DNA of 64,000 nucleotides, taken from assembly GCA_010356995.1 (NCBI GenBank), contig ML996691.1:130174-194173 (forward strand), read 5' to 3'. This document shows, one piece after another, positions 63,001 through 64,000 of the stretch (position 1 is the first letter of the stretch; the number at the start of each line of letters is the position of its first letter). The notes beneath the pieces are model-generated. The model was not told the origin of the DNA, searched no databases, and saw only the letters and a list, made by a program, of their open reading frames with translations. A program made the translations under genes and the position numbers. Source of the DNA: Trichodelitschia bisporula. Taxonomy: Eukaryota.

Positions 63001-64000
63001 GCCACCTTATCCCGGTGCTGAGCAAAGCCCTGAATAACTGTAATGATGCGCTGGCGCTCCTCTTCGCGGCCGACCTGGTATGTGGGCAGGTTGAAAAAGG
63101 ATGAAATGTCCTTTTGGGCAATCTTGAACGACTGGAGGCTCTCGGAATCGCCTTCTGAAAGCAGTGTACGTATCTGTATCAAGTCGTACTTGAGACCGGA
63201 GGTGGAATTGTAGCGCTCATCGATGTTTTTCTGCGTCATCCTCTGGATGACCTGCGACAGGGCGTCGGGAATCCCCGCGCGCTTGGATGATACAGGCAGG
63301 ATGCGCCGCGAGAGCACATTCTGCATTACCAGCAGAGGCGTGTCGCCCTCAAACGCGGTCTCACCAGTCAGCATCATCCAGAAGAGAATTCCCAGGCTGT
63401 AGATGTCGGTGCGGCTATCCGGTTCCGCGGGTAGACGGCCAGTCTGTTCAGGAGCGATAAACTGGAGTTTATGCTCGACACCCAGCTCCCGGCTGAGCGA
63501 GTACCAACCGGCCGACGTCAGGCCATTCTCGAAGGAGCGCGTGCCGGAGCCGAAGTTCAGCATCTTGACTTCGCCAGACTCCACATTGTAATGGAAGGCT
63601 TCCGCACGGATCTCGCCGTGCACGACCTGATTTCCGTAGTGCAAAATTTCGCAACACTCAGCCGCGCCGATCGCAAAATGAAGGAACTGGTTGAGCGGCA
63701 TTTGGCTGCGTGTCCCAGATACCACCTCTTTGTCCCAAGCACCCGAATTTCCGAGTCCTCTATATGCGTTTGGCCCAAAGTCGACCATACCCCAGAGATA
63801 GTTTTCACCCGGCTCTTCGAATATCGATACTACCAGCAGGTTTCCGCCGTTCCGCGGAGGCAGGCGCACAAACTCGATGGGGCGCACAAAGTGCTCGCAT
63901 TTCTCATCGCTTGTCGCCACGACCAGCTTGACAAGCTGGAACTCGCGCTCGAGGCGCACCACGTGCTGCGAGATGCGGGCCACGACCTTGCGCGTACGGG
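57039..64000 (-). CDS. CHK1: Hybrid histidine kinase with kinase-like + AAA + GAF + HisKA + HATPase + REC domains (group X, Chk1/Mak2-type); 5' end lies outside the window
   Basis: APEQTGR..D.RTDIYSLG, P-loop GAAGLGKS, LDDLQ, GAF region, LANVSHELRTP, NLLSNAYKFT, GGTGLGLSI, AEDN.VN, LMDVQMP, YLAKP; introns at 61404-61451, 59943-59985 and 57382-57428. Confidence 0.95.

Overview
Gene-dense region of a filamentous ascomycete genome (Pezizomycotina, probably Dothideomycetes-like; inferred from gene content and mostly 43-60 nt introns with CTAAC/CTGAC branch sites). Recognisable genes: a NACHT-WD40-type tail, uS17m, TPS1, acyltransferase-3, a CFEM protein, uL11m, an FKBP-STIMATE fusion, hexokinase, a Tls1/C9orf78-like protein, a sirtuin with a very long E/A/R/K tail, a dienelactone hydrolase, RMT2, MED4, a sterol O-acyltransferase, a DEK-C protein, BolA, NIF3, SRC1/HEH1, a secreted alpha/beta hydrolase and a kinase-AAA-GAF hybrid histidine kinase. 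RNA genes: two divergent 5S rRNA copies, intron-containing tRNA-Ile(AAT) and tRNA-Gly(GCC), and two U1 snRNA genes with an atypical loop I. Two accessory islands (about 0.3-4.5 kb and 39.5-48.9 kb) hold orphan genes and pseudogenes that share a ~230 bp TATA-bearing cassette; the left island has a Cys-rich MGNxxS gene pair, and the right island has a triplicated module, an Rpn4-like zinc-finger relic and a 243 bp palindrome. An ADP-ribosyltransferase-like orphan lies at 51.8-52.9 kb. All calls come from reading the sequence by eye; no database searches were run.
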